DNA from: Heterodontus francisci
Taxonomy: Eukaryota
Length of the DNA stretch: 64,000 bases
Direction: 5' to 3'
Assembly (NCBI RefSeq): GCF_036365525.1
Contig: NC_090404.1
Location: 5,642,001-5,706,000, forward strand
In this document: piece by piece, positions 23,946-35,469 of the stretch
How the letters are laid out: each line of letters starts with the position of its first letter
Position numbering within the stretch: position 1 is the stretch's first letter
The notes under the pieces: model-generated
What the model was told of the DNA's origin: nothing
Database searches by the model: none
The model's input: the letters and a program-made list of their open reading frames with translations, nothing else
Translations under genes and position numbers: made by a program

Positions 23946-24094
23946 TCAATTAATCAATCAGATCTAGGGGATAAAGTTAAATAACAAGGGATAGTGACAA
24001 TAAGGGTTCTGCAGTCACACGTGAACTCGCTGGTACCTCTGCAGTTTCTCTGAATTGGCAAATCCCTTCCCACACACAGAGCAGGTGAACGGCC

Positions 24095-24772
24095 TCACCC
24101 GGTGTGAACTCGCTGGTGTGTCAACAGATTGCATTTACTTTTAAATCTCTTCTCACAGCCAAAACATTTAAAAGGTCTCTTAGCAGTGTGAACAAGTTGG
24201 TGGCCTGTGAGGTGGGACGACCGAGTGAATCCCTTCCCACATTCAGAGCAGGTGAACGGCCTCTCCCCAATGTGAATTTGCTGGTGTCTCAGAAGGTGGG
24301 ACGACCGAGTGAATCTCTTCCCACACTCAGAGCAGGGAAACGGCCTTTCCCCAGTGTGAGTATATTGGTGTTTCAGCAGTTCGTTTTTACTTTTAAATCT
24401 CTTCTCACATTCAGAACATTCAAAAGTTCTCTTATCTGTGTGAGCAAGTTGGTGTCTCCGCAGGGTGGATGGATTAGGGAATCCCTTCCCACAGAAGGAG
24501 CAGGTGAATGGCCTCTCCCCTATGTGAACTTGCTGGTGTCTCAGGAGCTCGGATGAATCCCTGCAATCTTGCCCACACACAGAGCAGGTAAATGGCCTCT
24601 CCCGAGTGTGACCTCGCTGGTGCCTCAGAAGATGTGATGACTGAGTGAATCCCTTCCCACACTCAGAGCAGATGAATGGCCTCTCCCCGGTGTGAGTACG
24701 TCGATGGGTTTCCAGCTGGGATGGGCAACTGTATCCCTTTCCACAGTCCCCACATTTCCATGGTTTCTCCAT
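24095..24772 (-). CDS. C2H2 zinc-finger protein ZNF-B1, 8 fingers (MEKPWKC start)
   Basis: accATGg at 24772, 225 aa. Acceptor at 25095/25094. Likely first-exon donor TTG|GTGAGG at 26793. A degenerate ninth finger lies out of frame at ~24015-24095. Confidence 0.88.
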   Translation of the reverse strand: MEKPWKCGDCGKGYSCPSQLETHRRTHTGERPFICSECGKGFTQSSHLLRHQRGHTRERPFTCSVCGQDCRDSSELLRHQQVHIGERPFTCSFCGKGFPNPSTLRRHQLAHTDKRTFECSECEKRFKSKNELLKHQYTHTGERPFPCSECGKRFTRSSHLLRHQQIHIGERPFTCSECGKGFTRSSHLTGHQLVHTAKRPFKCFGCEKRFKSKCNLLTHQRVHTG

Positions 24773-25189
24773 GGTGCAGGTGATCTTGTGTCTCTCCAGG
24801 TTGAACAATCAGTTGAAGCCTCAACCACACACAGAACAAATGTACAGTTTCTCCCTGCTGTGATGTTTTTTCAGGCTGTGGAACTGGTTAAAGCTTTTTC
24901 CACAGTCAGTGCACTGGAACACTCACTCGGGTGTGCGTGTTTCAGTGCTTTTCATTCTTTTCCCACAGACAGAATAGACAAACATTTCTCCTTCCACATT
25001 CAGAGGCTAATGATATTCAGGTTCCGATGAATCGAGTCAGATCTTGCAAGATGTTTGGTTTGTTTCTTGTCTGCAAATCCTCCTCTACTAATTCCTGTAA
25101 AAGATAATATAGAATACACAGTAAATGCCATGCAGTCCAACTGGTCTGTGCTAGTTCTTATACACCTCATGAAGGGACTGAGTTGTGAC

Positions 25190-26405
25190 GAGGGCAAGGA
25201 GTCTGCAAAGTGATACAGATAGGTTAAGGGAGTGGGGAAAAATTTGGCAAATGGAGTATAATGTGGGAAAATGTGAACTTCGGTAGGAAGAATAGTAAAG
25301 TAGCATTATTATTTAAATGGAGAGAGATTGCAGAACTCGGAGGTACAGAGGGATCTGGGTGTCCTGGTACATTGATTAGAGATACAGCACTGAAACAGGC
25401 CCTTCGGCCCACCGAGTCTGTGCCGAACATCAGCCACCCATTTATACTAATCCTACACTAACCCCATATTCCTACCAAACATCCCCACCTGTTCCTATAT
25501 TTCCCTACCACCTACCTATACTAGTGACAATTTATAATGGCCAATTTACCTATCAACCTGCAAGTCTTTTGGCTTGTGGGAGGAAACCGGAGCACCCGGA
25601 GAAAACCCACGCAGACACAGGGAGAACTTGCAAACTCCACACAGGCAGTACCCAGAATCGAACCCGGGTCCCTGGAGCTGTGAGGCTGCGGTGCTAACCA
25701 CTGCGCCACTGTGCCGCCCTTAATCACAAAAGGTTAGTATGCAGATGCAGCAAGTTAGTAGGAAGGCAAATGGAATGTAATCATTTATTGCAAGGGGAAT
25801 TAAATTTAAAAGTCGCGATGTTTTGCTACAGTTGTGTAGGGTATTGGTGAGACTGCATATGAACTACTGTGTATTGGTTTGATCTCCTTATTGATAAAGG
25901 GCATAAATGCATTAGAGGCATTTTAGAGAATGATACCTGGGATGGGCGTGCGGGGGGAGGGGGTATCTTACCTGGAAAGGTTGGACAAATTGAGTCTGTA
26001 TGCATTGGAGTTTAGAAGAATGAGAGGTGATCTTATTGAAACATATCAGATCCTGAGGGGACTTGACAGGGTGGATGCTTCCCCTTGTGGGAGAGACTAG
26101 AACTAGGGGACACAGTTTAAAAATAAAGGGTCACCCATTTAAGACAAAGATGAGGAGAAATATTTTCTCTCAGAGGGTTGAGAGTCCTTGGAACTCTCTT
26201 CCCCAATCCGCGGTGCAGCCAAGGTCATTGAATATTTATAAAGCAGAGGTAGATAAGTTCTTGACAAACAAGGGAGTCAAAGGATATCGGGAGTAGACGG
26301 GAAAGTGGAGTCGAGGCCTCAATCAGATCAGCCATGATCTTATTAAATGACAGAGCAGGCTCGAAGGGGCCAAATGACCTACTGCTGCTCCTAATTCGTA
26401 TGTTT
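25190..26405 (+). mobile_element. Degenerate CR1 3' fragment in the ZNF-B1 intron
   Basis: ETRTRGHSLKIKG..FSQRV motif and CR1 tail. Confidence 0.75.
25374..25719 (-). mobile_element. Full-length HE1/V-SINE
   Basis: Near-identical to 17838-18192. Confidence 0.92.
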
Positions 26406-26793
26406 GCTCCCATTCCATCAATCTCATTTCAGCCTTTCAGTAGACCGTTTTATTCCCTTTGTTCTCATGTTTTCATCTAGTTTCCTTTTGAAAGCATCTC
26501 AACTTATTTGCCTCAACCCCTTCCACATTCGACCCACTCTGTGAGTAAAGAAATCTCTCCTTATTTCCCTATTGGATTTATCAGTAACTGTATTCACGGC
26601 CACTGGATTTGGATTCACTCACAAGTGGAAACATTCTCTCCACATCTACTCTGTCCAACCCATTGATAATTTTAAAGAGCTCTATCATGTCACCGCTAAG
26701 TCTTCTGTTTTCGGAATATAAAAGCTCCAGCCTGTTCAATCTTTCCCAATCGCTGTAATCTCTCAGTTTATTGAATCCATCACTGTCCCTCAC

Positions 26794-27760
26794 CAAGACT
26801 TGTGCAGGATGGCGGCCAGTGACCCCGCTCCCCCGGGTCTGTCACCGCGTGGTAAACCCGGGGCCTGTGGCCTACCCCGGGTGTTTATGAAGCTTCCCAG
26901 CCCACTCACGGTTCCAATTCCTCCCCTGCGCCCACAATCTCCTCCCTCCTCCCACCTCCCGAGCCGCCTATTCCGCCTCACTCCGACTCTCACCCGCTGC
27001 AACAGCGTCTCCAACACTCCGAACAAAATGACACTGCGCATGCACACTGAACTCCTGTCGTGTGAATGGGGCAGATTCACCCGCGCGGAATGCTGGGTCC
27101 CAATAAACCAACACTAAAATTGAAATATACCGCATAATATTTTGCCCATGTGAAACGGAAAATAATTTACATCCCAGCCTGCAGAAGATAAATACTTTTT
27201 TTACAAAACAAACCATTTTGTGAAATGTTATTATGGGGAGTTGCGTCCATCTTTCTATGGGGCAGTGGTGCTTCATTTCGCCTGGCTAAATTGCGTTGGA
27301 GGAGTTTTGTCCCTAACAAAGATGGCGACAATGGGGCGGGGTTATCAAAACCCTTGGACGTCTGACGTTTTAGCTCCGACCGTAGGCAGGTGTGCGTGCG
27401 CAAATTACGAGTGGCGGATGTTGGGGGCGCGCGGAGGATGTTTGTTTCCGCATCGAGAAGTTTGAAGGGAGACAGTTAACGGTCGCTGGCGTCGCCATGG
27501 CTGCGGGGGCGGGGCTTGGTAACGGCGCGCGCCGGCACAGGTGGGCCATCGAGCTCGAGCTGTGCAGGAGCAGCAGGTGAGCGGCCAGGAGCAAGGCCGC
27601 GGAGAGAGCCTGGGGCTCGAGTGGGAGGCGGCAGCCGGCAGGCCTCTCTCCTGGGGAGAACACCACTCTGACTGGCGCCACCTGAAACACGGGGATTTTA
27701 ATGTCACAGCCTTTGAGGGGGAGGCAATGGGTGTGAGAAAACCTGGTTGATAATTACTGT
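26794..27760. promoter_or_regulatory. CpG-island bidirectional promoter between head-to-head ZNF-B1 (-) and ZNF-A2 (+)
   Basis: CpG-rich in a CpG-depleted background. NRF1-like TGCGCATGCA (27035), YY1-like AAGATGGCG (27319), GC boxes. Outward-facing splice donors at 26793 (-) and 27577 (+). Confidence 0.75.
27497..27576 (+). other. EMC4-like coding first exon (duplicate, copy 1)
   Basis: gccATGg, MAAGAGLGNGARRHRWAIELELCRSS(R), phase-2 donor CAG|GTGAGC. Resembles the EMC4 N-terminus as recalled (..RGRRFKWAIEL....GGSR). No further EMC4 exons recognised in the window. Confidence 0.6.
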
Positions 27761-28002
27761 AAACAGGCAGTAAGACAGGAGCTCGAGACAGAGTGTTACC
27801 ATCCTGACTTGGAATTATATCGCCATTCCTTCAGTGTCACTGCGTCAAAATCCTGGAAATCCTTCCCTGACAGCACTGTGGGTGTACCTACACGGGCTGG
27901 AGAACTGAACCCAGCCAGGGTAGAGGGAGAGAGAAAACTGGCAGTGGAGGAAAAGAGATGGTGCAGATGGGTTTGGATTTCAGCACAGGGGGGAGGGAGA
28001 GT

Positions 28003-28336
28003 ATGTTTATGTTTAGAGATACAGCACTGAAACAGGCCCTTCGGCCCACCGAGTCTATGCCGACCATCAACCACCCATTTATACTAATCCCATACTCCTA
28101 CCACATCCCCACCTGTCCCTATATTTCCCTACCACCTACCTATACTAGGGGCAATTGCTAATGGTCAATTTACCTATCAACCTGCAAGTCTTTGGCAAAT
28201 GGGAGGAAACCAGAGCACCCGGAGGAAACCCACGCAGACACAGGGAGAACTTACAAACTCCACACAGGCAGTACCCAGAATTGAACCCGGGCTGCTGGAG
28301 CTGTGAGACTGCGGTGCTAACCACTGCGCCACTGTG
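28003..28336 (-). mobile_element. HE1/V-SINE in the ZNF-A2 intron
   Basis: tRNA head, V-domain and tail as in the other copies. Confidence 0.9.
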
Positions 28337-28810
28337 GGGATTTACAGCTTTGGGGGAACGAGAGAGGAAAAAAATTTCCATAGAAACTAGAATTGTCTGT
28401 TCAGACTTTCTATCCTGTATTGACAGTGATAACTTTTGTAAACTCCTTTTCCAGGATGTTAAGGAAATAGTTTGCAGTTAAGAAAGTTAGACCAAACATC
28501 ATGTGAAGATTTGACAGAGTCACTCGATTCATCAGGATCTGAATATCATCGGCCTTGAATGTGGAAGGAGAAATGTTTGTCTTTTCTGTCTGTGGGAAGA
28601 GATTTCAGTGTGACCGGAAAAGCACCGAGATACACACACACCCGAGTGAGAGTGTTCCAGTGCACTGACTGTGGAAAGAGCTTTAACCAGTTACACAGCC
28701 TGAAAAAACATCACCCCATTCACAGCGGGGGGAAACTGTACACGTGTTCTGTGTGTGGATGAGGCTTCAACTGATCATCCAACCTGGAGAGGCACAAGGA
28801 CACCCACACC

Positions 28811-29485
28811 ACGGAGAAACCGTGGAAATGTGGGGACTGTGGGAAGGGATTCAGTTGCCCATCCCAGCTGGAGACTCATCGGCACAGTCACACAGGGGAG
28901 AGGCCGTTCACCTGCTCCGTGTGTGAGAAGGGATTCAGGAATTCATCCAACCTGTTGAGACACCAACGAGTTCACACTGGGGAGAGGCCATTCACCTGCT
29001 CCGAGTGTGGGAAGGAATTTATTCAGTCATCCAATCTGCTGATACACCAGCGAGTTCACAGTGGGGAGAGGCCGTTCACCTGCTCCATGTGTGGGAAGGG
29101 ATTCATTGATTCATCATACCTGCTGAGACACCAGCAAGTTCACACTGGGGAGAGGCTGTTCACTTGTTCCGTGTGTGGGAAGGGATTCATTCAGTCATCC
29201 CACCTGCTGATACACCAGCGAGTTCACACATGGCAGAGACCGTTTACCTGCTCTGAGTGTGGGAAGGGATTCATTCAGTCATCCCACCTGCTGAGACACC
29301 AGCGAGTTCACACTGGGGAGGGGCTGTTCACCTGCTCTGAGTGTGGGAAGGGATTTATTCAGTTATCCCACCTGCTGAGGCACCAGCGAGTTCACACAGG
29401 AGAGAGGCCGTTCACCTGTCCCGTATGTGGGAAGGGATTCATTCAGTCATCCCACCTGCTGAAACACCAGCGAGTTCACAAGTGA
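28811..29485 (+). CDS. C2H2 zinc-finger protein ZNF-A2, 8 fingers, start uncertain (ACG)
   Basis: 224 aa = 8x28, ending HQRVHK*. Acceptor ttttccag|g at 28454/28455. TGAs at 28760 and 28772. Intron end and 3' flank are paralogous to ZNF-A1. Confidence 0.85.
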   Translation, partial: TEKPWKCGDCGKGFSCPSQLETHRHSHTGERPFTCSVCEKGFRNSSNLLRHQRVHTGERPFTCSECGKEFIQSSNLLIHQRVHSGERPFTCSMCGKGFIDSSYLLRHQQVHTGERLFTCSVCGKGFIQSSHLLIHQRVHTWQRPFTCSECGKGFIQSSHLLRHQRVHTGEGLFTCSECGKGFIQLSHLLRHQRVHTGERPFTCPVCGKGFIQSSHLLKHQRVHK

Positions 29486-29899
29486 CTACAGGCGTTGGAT
29501 TCTGCTGTTAATAACATCCAGGACTGAACAATGTTCATTCTGATAGTTGGGGTTTGTTTCTGTTGATAATTAATTGATAAGCCAGGATATAATTGAATGA
29601 TGCAGCAGGTTCGATGGGCTGAACAATCTACTCCAGATCCTCTCAAATTTCTCCCCAGACGTCCCCCAGTCTTTAATTCTGCTCAAGTGCTGGTTTCCTG
29701 TTGCACGGCCTCCTCCCCAGTTCTTCCATGACTTTCCATTCATCAGCTGTGTTTGACTCCATGTTTATTAGGGACGTGTGAACAGGAGTCAGCCATTTAA
29801 CCCCTTGAGTCTGTTCTGCCATTCAATGAGATTATGTCTGATCTGCAACCTAACTCCGTGTACCCAGATATTATTTTAATACCAGCTTCCCCAGACTGT

Positions 29900-30730
29900 T
29901 GTAATGTGATTTTAAAAACAACTGTCATCTACATTGCATCTTCAAGGTAGGAAAGTGATCCAAAGTGCATCTCAGAAGCTTAAACTGACAAATCAGACAA
30001 AAATTGACACTGAGCTGAAGAAAGGGTTATTAGGAGGGCTGACTTAAAGCTTGGTCAAAGATGTTGGTTTTTAAGGAGGTCTTAAAGGAAGAGAGATGTG
30101 GACTGGCAGAGAGATATAGGGAGGGAATTCCAGAGCTCAGGGCCAATGACTGAAGGCAGAGCCAATGGGACAGAGAGTGAGAGTGTAAGAGGCCAGAGTG
30201 GGAGGAATGTAGAGTTCTCTGAGGGTTATATAGCTGGAGGAGGTCACAGATATAGGGAGGGGTGAGGCCTTGAAGGGATTTGAACCCAAGATGAGAATTT
30301 TAAAATGGAGGCATTGGTGGACCTGGAGCCATTGCAGGTCAGTGAGCACAGTAATGATGGATGAGTGGGACTTTGTGGTGGTTGGGGTAAAAGGCAGCAG
30401 AGTTTGGATGAACTCAAGTTTAAGCAGGGTGGAGGTCAGACAGAACAGCATTAGAATATATAAGCAGGCTGACAACACAGAAGCACTGGAGGGGTCAAGA
30501 CAGGTGGTGCTGAGGTAGAGATGGATGTCATCAGTGTACATGTGGAACATGATGTCATGTCTTCGGATGATGGCACCACAGGGTAGCAGATAGATGAGGG
30601 ATAGAAGGGGCCATCAATAGATCCTTGGGAGACTCCAAAGGTAATGGGGTGAGAAGAGAAGCCATTGCTAGAGATTCTTTGGCTCTGATTGGATCTGTCT
30701 GAGTGAAGGCAAGTGAGGTCAGTCCTGCTC
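29900..30730 (-). mobile_element. Ancient L2-type LINE fragment
   Basis: FHMYTDDIHLYLS and ITVLTDLQWLQVHQCLHFKIL are L2 RT and C-terminal motifs. Partly shared with 3160-3440. Confidence 0.7.
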
Positions 30731-30735
30731 AGTTT

Positions 30736-32033
30736 GTAGTAAAAATCTTGTTTAAAAAGCTTGTAGTACAGTTATTTGTAATACTTGAGTAATCAAATTA
30801 TATTAATTGATTGACCTAATATGTTCTACTTAATTGTAATCAATGTTGGACACTGTTCCCATGTCACTGCATCTTTATCTGTGAAGATGTAGCTACATTC
30901 TTATCTGACAGGTGAAACAGACCACATGGCCGAGGCCTACGTGTAAAACTACAGTTTGTGGTTTAATCACAGAGTTATTGCAGTGAAGACAGTCAAGGTT
31001 GAATAGTCCAGTGTCTGGAGCTGTGTCCAGACACAAACTCCCTAACCATTAAAATGTATCAGCTATACCTGATACATAAAACTGTCAGAGCCTTCAGCCT
31101 TGAGTTCTGTGTTTTAAATTAGTTAGTTCTTTTAATAAAGCATTCACTTGTTAATTGCACAGTAATTCCTTAAAAAGCAGTTATTTTCTTTCGAATTATA
31201 GAATAGCCTATGCATTACTTTGGCTCTAAGTTTAAGAATTAAGTTCTGTAATTAGTTTTGTAGTCTTTTCCCTTTTGCTCTTGTTACTTATCAGCCTGCA
31301 TTCAGTGAGTGTATCCAGCTGTATTTCATAAGTGTATCTTTCTCCCTCATCTTTACACACTGATTGTCTTTATACGCTGGTTTCATACATGTCCTGTGTA
31401 CATTTTATGTATGAAGTAGTTTTATAATTTCTGTATTAAAGTTGAGGCTGTGTAATGTGCTATTGTGTAACTGATGGGTACTGCGTATCACATGGCGCCA
31501 TAGAATCTTATTAGAAAACCATTAAATTTAATGAAAGGACAAAAAATGCTGTAATGAGGGGTTCTGTTCCGCAGGTGACTGACACCTGAGGGGAACCATT
31601 CAAGAAATGACATCCGCCAGTGACTGGCATTCTAAAGAACCCTATCAGAGGCTGATCACACTGCCTGAACCAATCACAGGCTGGGAACACCACTGATCAT
31701 GAGTATGGGCAGTGCACCAGAAAGGGTTAAAAAGACTAGCTGCCAGCAACACTGTGTGAAGTTGGAGACTGCATACCCAAAGTGAGAGAGAGAGGAGACC
31801 ACTTGTCAACTTGTGCCCAAGGCTGAATCAGGAGGCAAGACTTGCATTGTGCCAGTGAAGTCGCTGCCTAACTTTTGATAACTAATATTTTTGTTACTTA
31901 ATAAATATTTCCTGGTATTACAACTCCAGATTATCTCTTATTGCCTGCATGGTTATAGTTTCAAAAGGACAAATTAATATTAATTATGTAAAGACTCACA
32001 TAGTTAGAGTTAATAAGACCCAGAACTCTTACA
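30736..32033 (+). mobile_element. AT-rich LTR-like sequence
   Basis: Ends ...ctcttaca. CCAAT, TATA-like and AATAAA (~31900) elements. Left boundary and TSD not found. Confidence 0.35.
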
Positions 32034-32034
32034 G

Positions 32035-32249
32035 TAGGGATTCACTCAGTCATCCCACCTCACTGAACATCAACTTATTCACACTGATCAGAAACTGTTT
32101 ACATGTTCGGACTGTGAGAAGGGCTTTAAAAAAGGATCTGCCAAAACACCAACGCACCCACTCGGGACAGGCCGATCATTTGCTCTGTGTGTGGGAAGGA
32201 ATTCACTCAGTCATCCCACCTGCTGAAACACCAGCGAGTTCACAAGTGA
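32035..32249 (+). pseudogene. ZNF 3' fragment (about 3 broken fingers)
   Basis: [27 protein letters not shown]. The ZNF 3'UTR resumes at ~33415 after a CR1 insertion. Confidence 0.8.
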
Positions 32250-32263
32250 CAGCAGGGATTGGA

Positions 32264-33414
32264 CAAAGTCCCACATAAGAGATTAGCATGTAAAATTAAA
32301 GCGCATGGGATTGGGGGTAGTGTATTGCGATGGATAGAAAATTGGTTGGCGGACAGGAAACAAAGATTAGGGATAAATGGGTCTTTTTCGGAATGGCAGG
32401 CGCTAACTAGTGGGGTACTGCAGGGATCGGTGCTAGGACCCCAGCTAGTCACAATATACATTAATGATTTAGATGAAGGAAGTAAATGTAATATCTCCAA
32501 ATTTGCAGATGACACAAAACTGGGTGGGAGGGTGAGTTGTGAGGAGGATGCAGAGAGGCTTCAGGGTAATTTGGATAAGTTGAGTGAGTGGGCTAATGCC
32601 TGGCAGATGCAGTATAATGTGGATAAATGTGAGGTTACGCACTTTGGTAGCAAAAACAGGAAGGCAGATTATTATCTGAACGGCTATAAACAGAGAGAGG
32701 GGAATATGCAGTGAGACCTGGGTGTTCTCGTACACCAGTCGCTGAAGGTAAGCATGCAGGTGCAACAGGCGGTAAAAAAGGCAAATGGTATGTTGGCCTT
32801 CATAGCGAGAGGATTCGAGTACAGGAGTAGGGATGTCTTGCTGCAATTATACAGGGACTTGGTGAGGCCACACCTGGAATATTGTGTGAAGTTTTGATCT
32901 CCTTATCTGAGGAAGGATGTTCTTGCTATAGAGGGAGTGCAGCGAAGGTTTACCAGCCTGATTCCTGGGATGGTGGGACTGACGTATGAGGAGAGATTGA
33001 GTCGGTTAGGATGATATTCACTGGAGTTCAGAAGAGTGAGGGGGGATCTCATAGAAACCTATAAAATTCTAACAGAACTTGACAGGGTAGATGCAGGAAG
33101 AATGTTCCTGATGGTGGGGGAGTCCAGAACCGGGGGTCATAGTCTAAGGATACGTGGTAAACCTTTCAGGACTGAGATGAGGAGAAATTTCTTCACCCAG
33201 AGTGTGGTGAGCCTGTGGAATTCGCTACCACAGAAAGCAGTTGAGGCCAAAACACTGAATGTTTTCAAAAAGGAGTTAGATATAGCTCTTGGGTTTAAAG
33301 GGATCAAAGGGTATGGGGTGAAAGCGGGAACAGGCTACTGAGTTGGATGATCATAATGAATGGCGGAGCAGGCTTGAAGGGCCAAATGGCTTACTCCTGC
33401 TTCTATCTTTCTAT
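32264..33414 (+). mobile_element. CR1-group LINE 3' part inserted in ZNF 3'UTR
   Basis: DKVPHKRL, QGSVLGP, SKFADD, FFTQSVV motifs and tail. Confidence 0.88.
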
Positions 33415-34016
33415 GGATTCTGATGTTATTGCTGCTGTTAATCACATCCAGGTCTGAACTATGTACCTTCTGACAGAAGGGGCTTATTTCTGCTGACGTT
33501 AATAAACTCCAGCCCAGTTATCGTGGTTAATATTCTGATAACTTTCAAACGAATTAATGTTGTTTCAAACACACACTTTATTGGGTCCTTAATTTCTCCA
33601 AGATAACTATAGACTAATTGATGTCCTGTTACCAACTCTTCTATTTTTGGGCCTTTTCTCCTTTCGAACTCTAGATTATTTCAGTTCTCATAACATTGGT
33701 TACTCTTACGGACAACTCCCATCTCCCCATACCCTTCCAGAGTGCCTCTGCTAGCCTTAGGATCCAGGGCAGATATCAGTAACACACCCGGGATAACTAA
33801 ACACAAATTCCAGTCTGTAATTCACTTTCAGCTACTGGACTTAGAATGTGTCGCACAGCATCTCTCACAACTTCAATGTGTGAATATAGCACCACACCTG
33901 CAAACCTGATTTAAATGTAAATCCACTCAGGAAATTATTTAACAGGAGCCTTTTAGGTTGATTAGACTCTCTGAAGGTGCCAATATTATAAACCCACAAC
34001 TCCACCTGCAGGTAAT

Positions 34017-35315
34017 AAAAGCAAAATACTGCGGATGCTGGAAATCTGAAATAAAAACAAGAAATGCTGGAAATACTCAGCAGGTCTGGCAGCATCTGTG
34101 GAGAGAGAAGCAGAGTTAACGTTTCAAGTCAGTGACCCTTCTTCAAAACTGGCAAATATTCGAAATGTAAAAGGTTATAAGCAAGTAAAGCAGGGGTGGG
34201 GCAAGAGATAACAAAGGAGAAGGTGTAGATAGGACAAGGTCACAGAATAGCTGACCAGAAGGTCGTGGAGCAAAGGCAAACAATATGTTAATTGTGTGTT
34301 GAAAGACAAAGCATTAGTACAGATAGGGTGTTAACGGACTGAAAATTGAACAGCCGCAAGTACAAATATGAAAAAAAAAGTGGGTAAGCAAACTGAACAA
34401 ACTAAGATGAAATAAAATAAAATAAACACAAAAGAAATTTTAAAAGAGAAAAGAAAATAACTAAAAATAAAAGTAAAATGGGGGGCCCGTCATGATCTGA
34501 TTATTGAACTCAATGTTCAGTCAGGCAGGCTGTAATGTGCCTAATAGGTAAATGAGATGCTGTTTTTCGAGCTTGCCTTGATGTTCACTGGAACACTGCA
34601 ACAATCCCAGGACACAGGTATGAGCATGAGAGCAGTGGGGGGGGGGGGGGGGGGGGGGGGGAAGTGTTGAAATGGCAAGCATCTGGAAGCTCGGGGTCCT
34701 GCTTGCGGACCGAGCGGAGGTGTTCCGCAAAGCGGTCACCCAGTCTGCGTTTGGTCTCCCCAATGTAGAGGAGACCACATTGTGAGCAGCGAATGCAGTA
34801 TACTACATTGAAAGAAGTACAAGTAAATTGCTGCATCACCTGAAAGGAGTGCTTGGGGCCTGGGTAGTGAGGAGAGAGGAGGTAAATGGGCAGGTATTAC
34901 ACCACCTGTGATTGTAGAGAAAGGTGTCATGGGACTAGGACGAGGAGGTGGGAATAATGGAGGAGTGGACCAGGGTGTCACAGAGGGAACGATCCCTTCG
35001 GAATGCTGACAGGGGGAGGGGAAGATGCGTTTGGTAGTGGCATCACGCTGGAGGTGGCAGAAATGGCAGAGGATGATCCTTTGGATATGGAGGCTGATGG
35101 GGTGGAAAGTGAGGACAAGGGGAACCCTGTCGCAGTTCTGGGAGGGAGGGGAAGGGGTGAGGGTAGAGGAGCGGGAAATGGGCCGGACACAGTTGAGGGC
35201 CCTGTCAACCACAGTGGGGGGGAATTCTCGGTTGAGGAAAAAGGAAGGCATATCAGAAGCGCTGTCGTGGAAGGTAGCATCATCAGAGCAGATGCGTCAG
35301 AGACGGAGAAACTGT
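34017..35315 (-). mobile_element. Penelope-like element (GIY-YIG endonuclease end)
   Basis: FTCTSFNVVYCIRCSQCGLLYIGETKRRLGDRFAEH. Flanked by ctgcaggtaat / ctgtaggtaat (near-perfect TSD). Confidence 0.88.
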
Positions 35316-35469
35316 AGGTAATTAGTTCAAATCATCTCATGTTTCAAATTCAAGTGGGGTTTATATTGTGGCGACTTTTACACGTCTGGATAAATTTAGG
35401 TTCTTGATTTCGTAAATCCATGCTGACTCTGTCCAATTCTTCCACTGTTCTCCAAGTGCTCTGCTATAA

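Noticed and set aside
22301-24556. Long antisense or alternate-frame ORFs over CR1 and ZNF sequence, and the recurring SINE ORFs
   Set aside because: Shadow frames of repetitive coding sequence that recur only because the repeats recur.
26790-27080. 96-aa ORF across the type-B first exon ending at the donor in phase 2
   Set aside because: Its ATG lies within the NRF1-like site and the frame is not preserved at the donor in the paralog (61722-61949).
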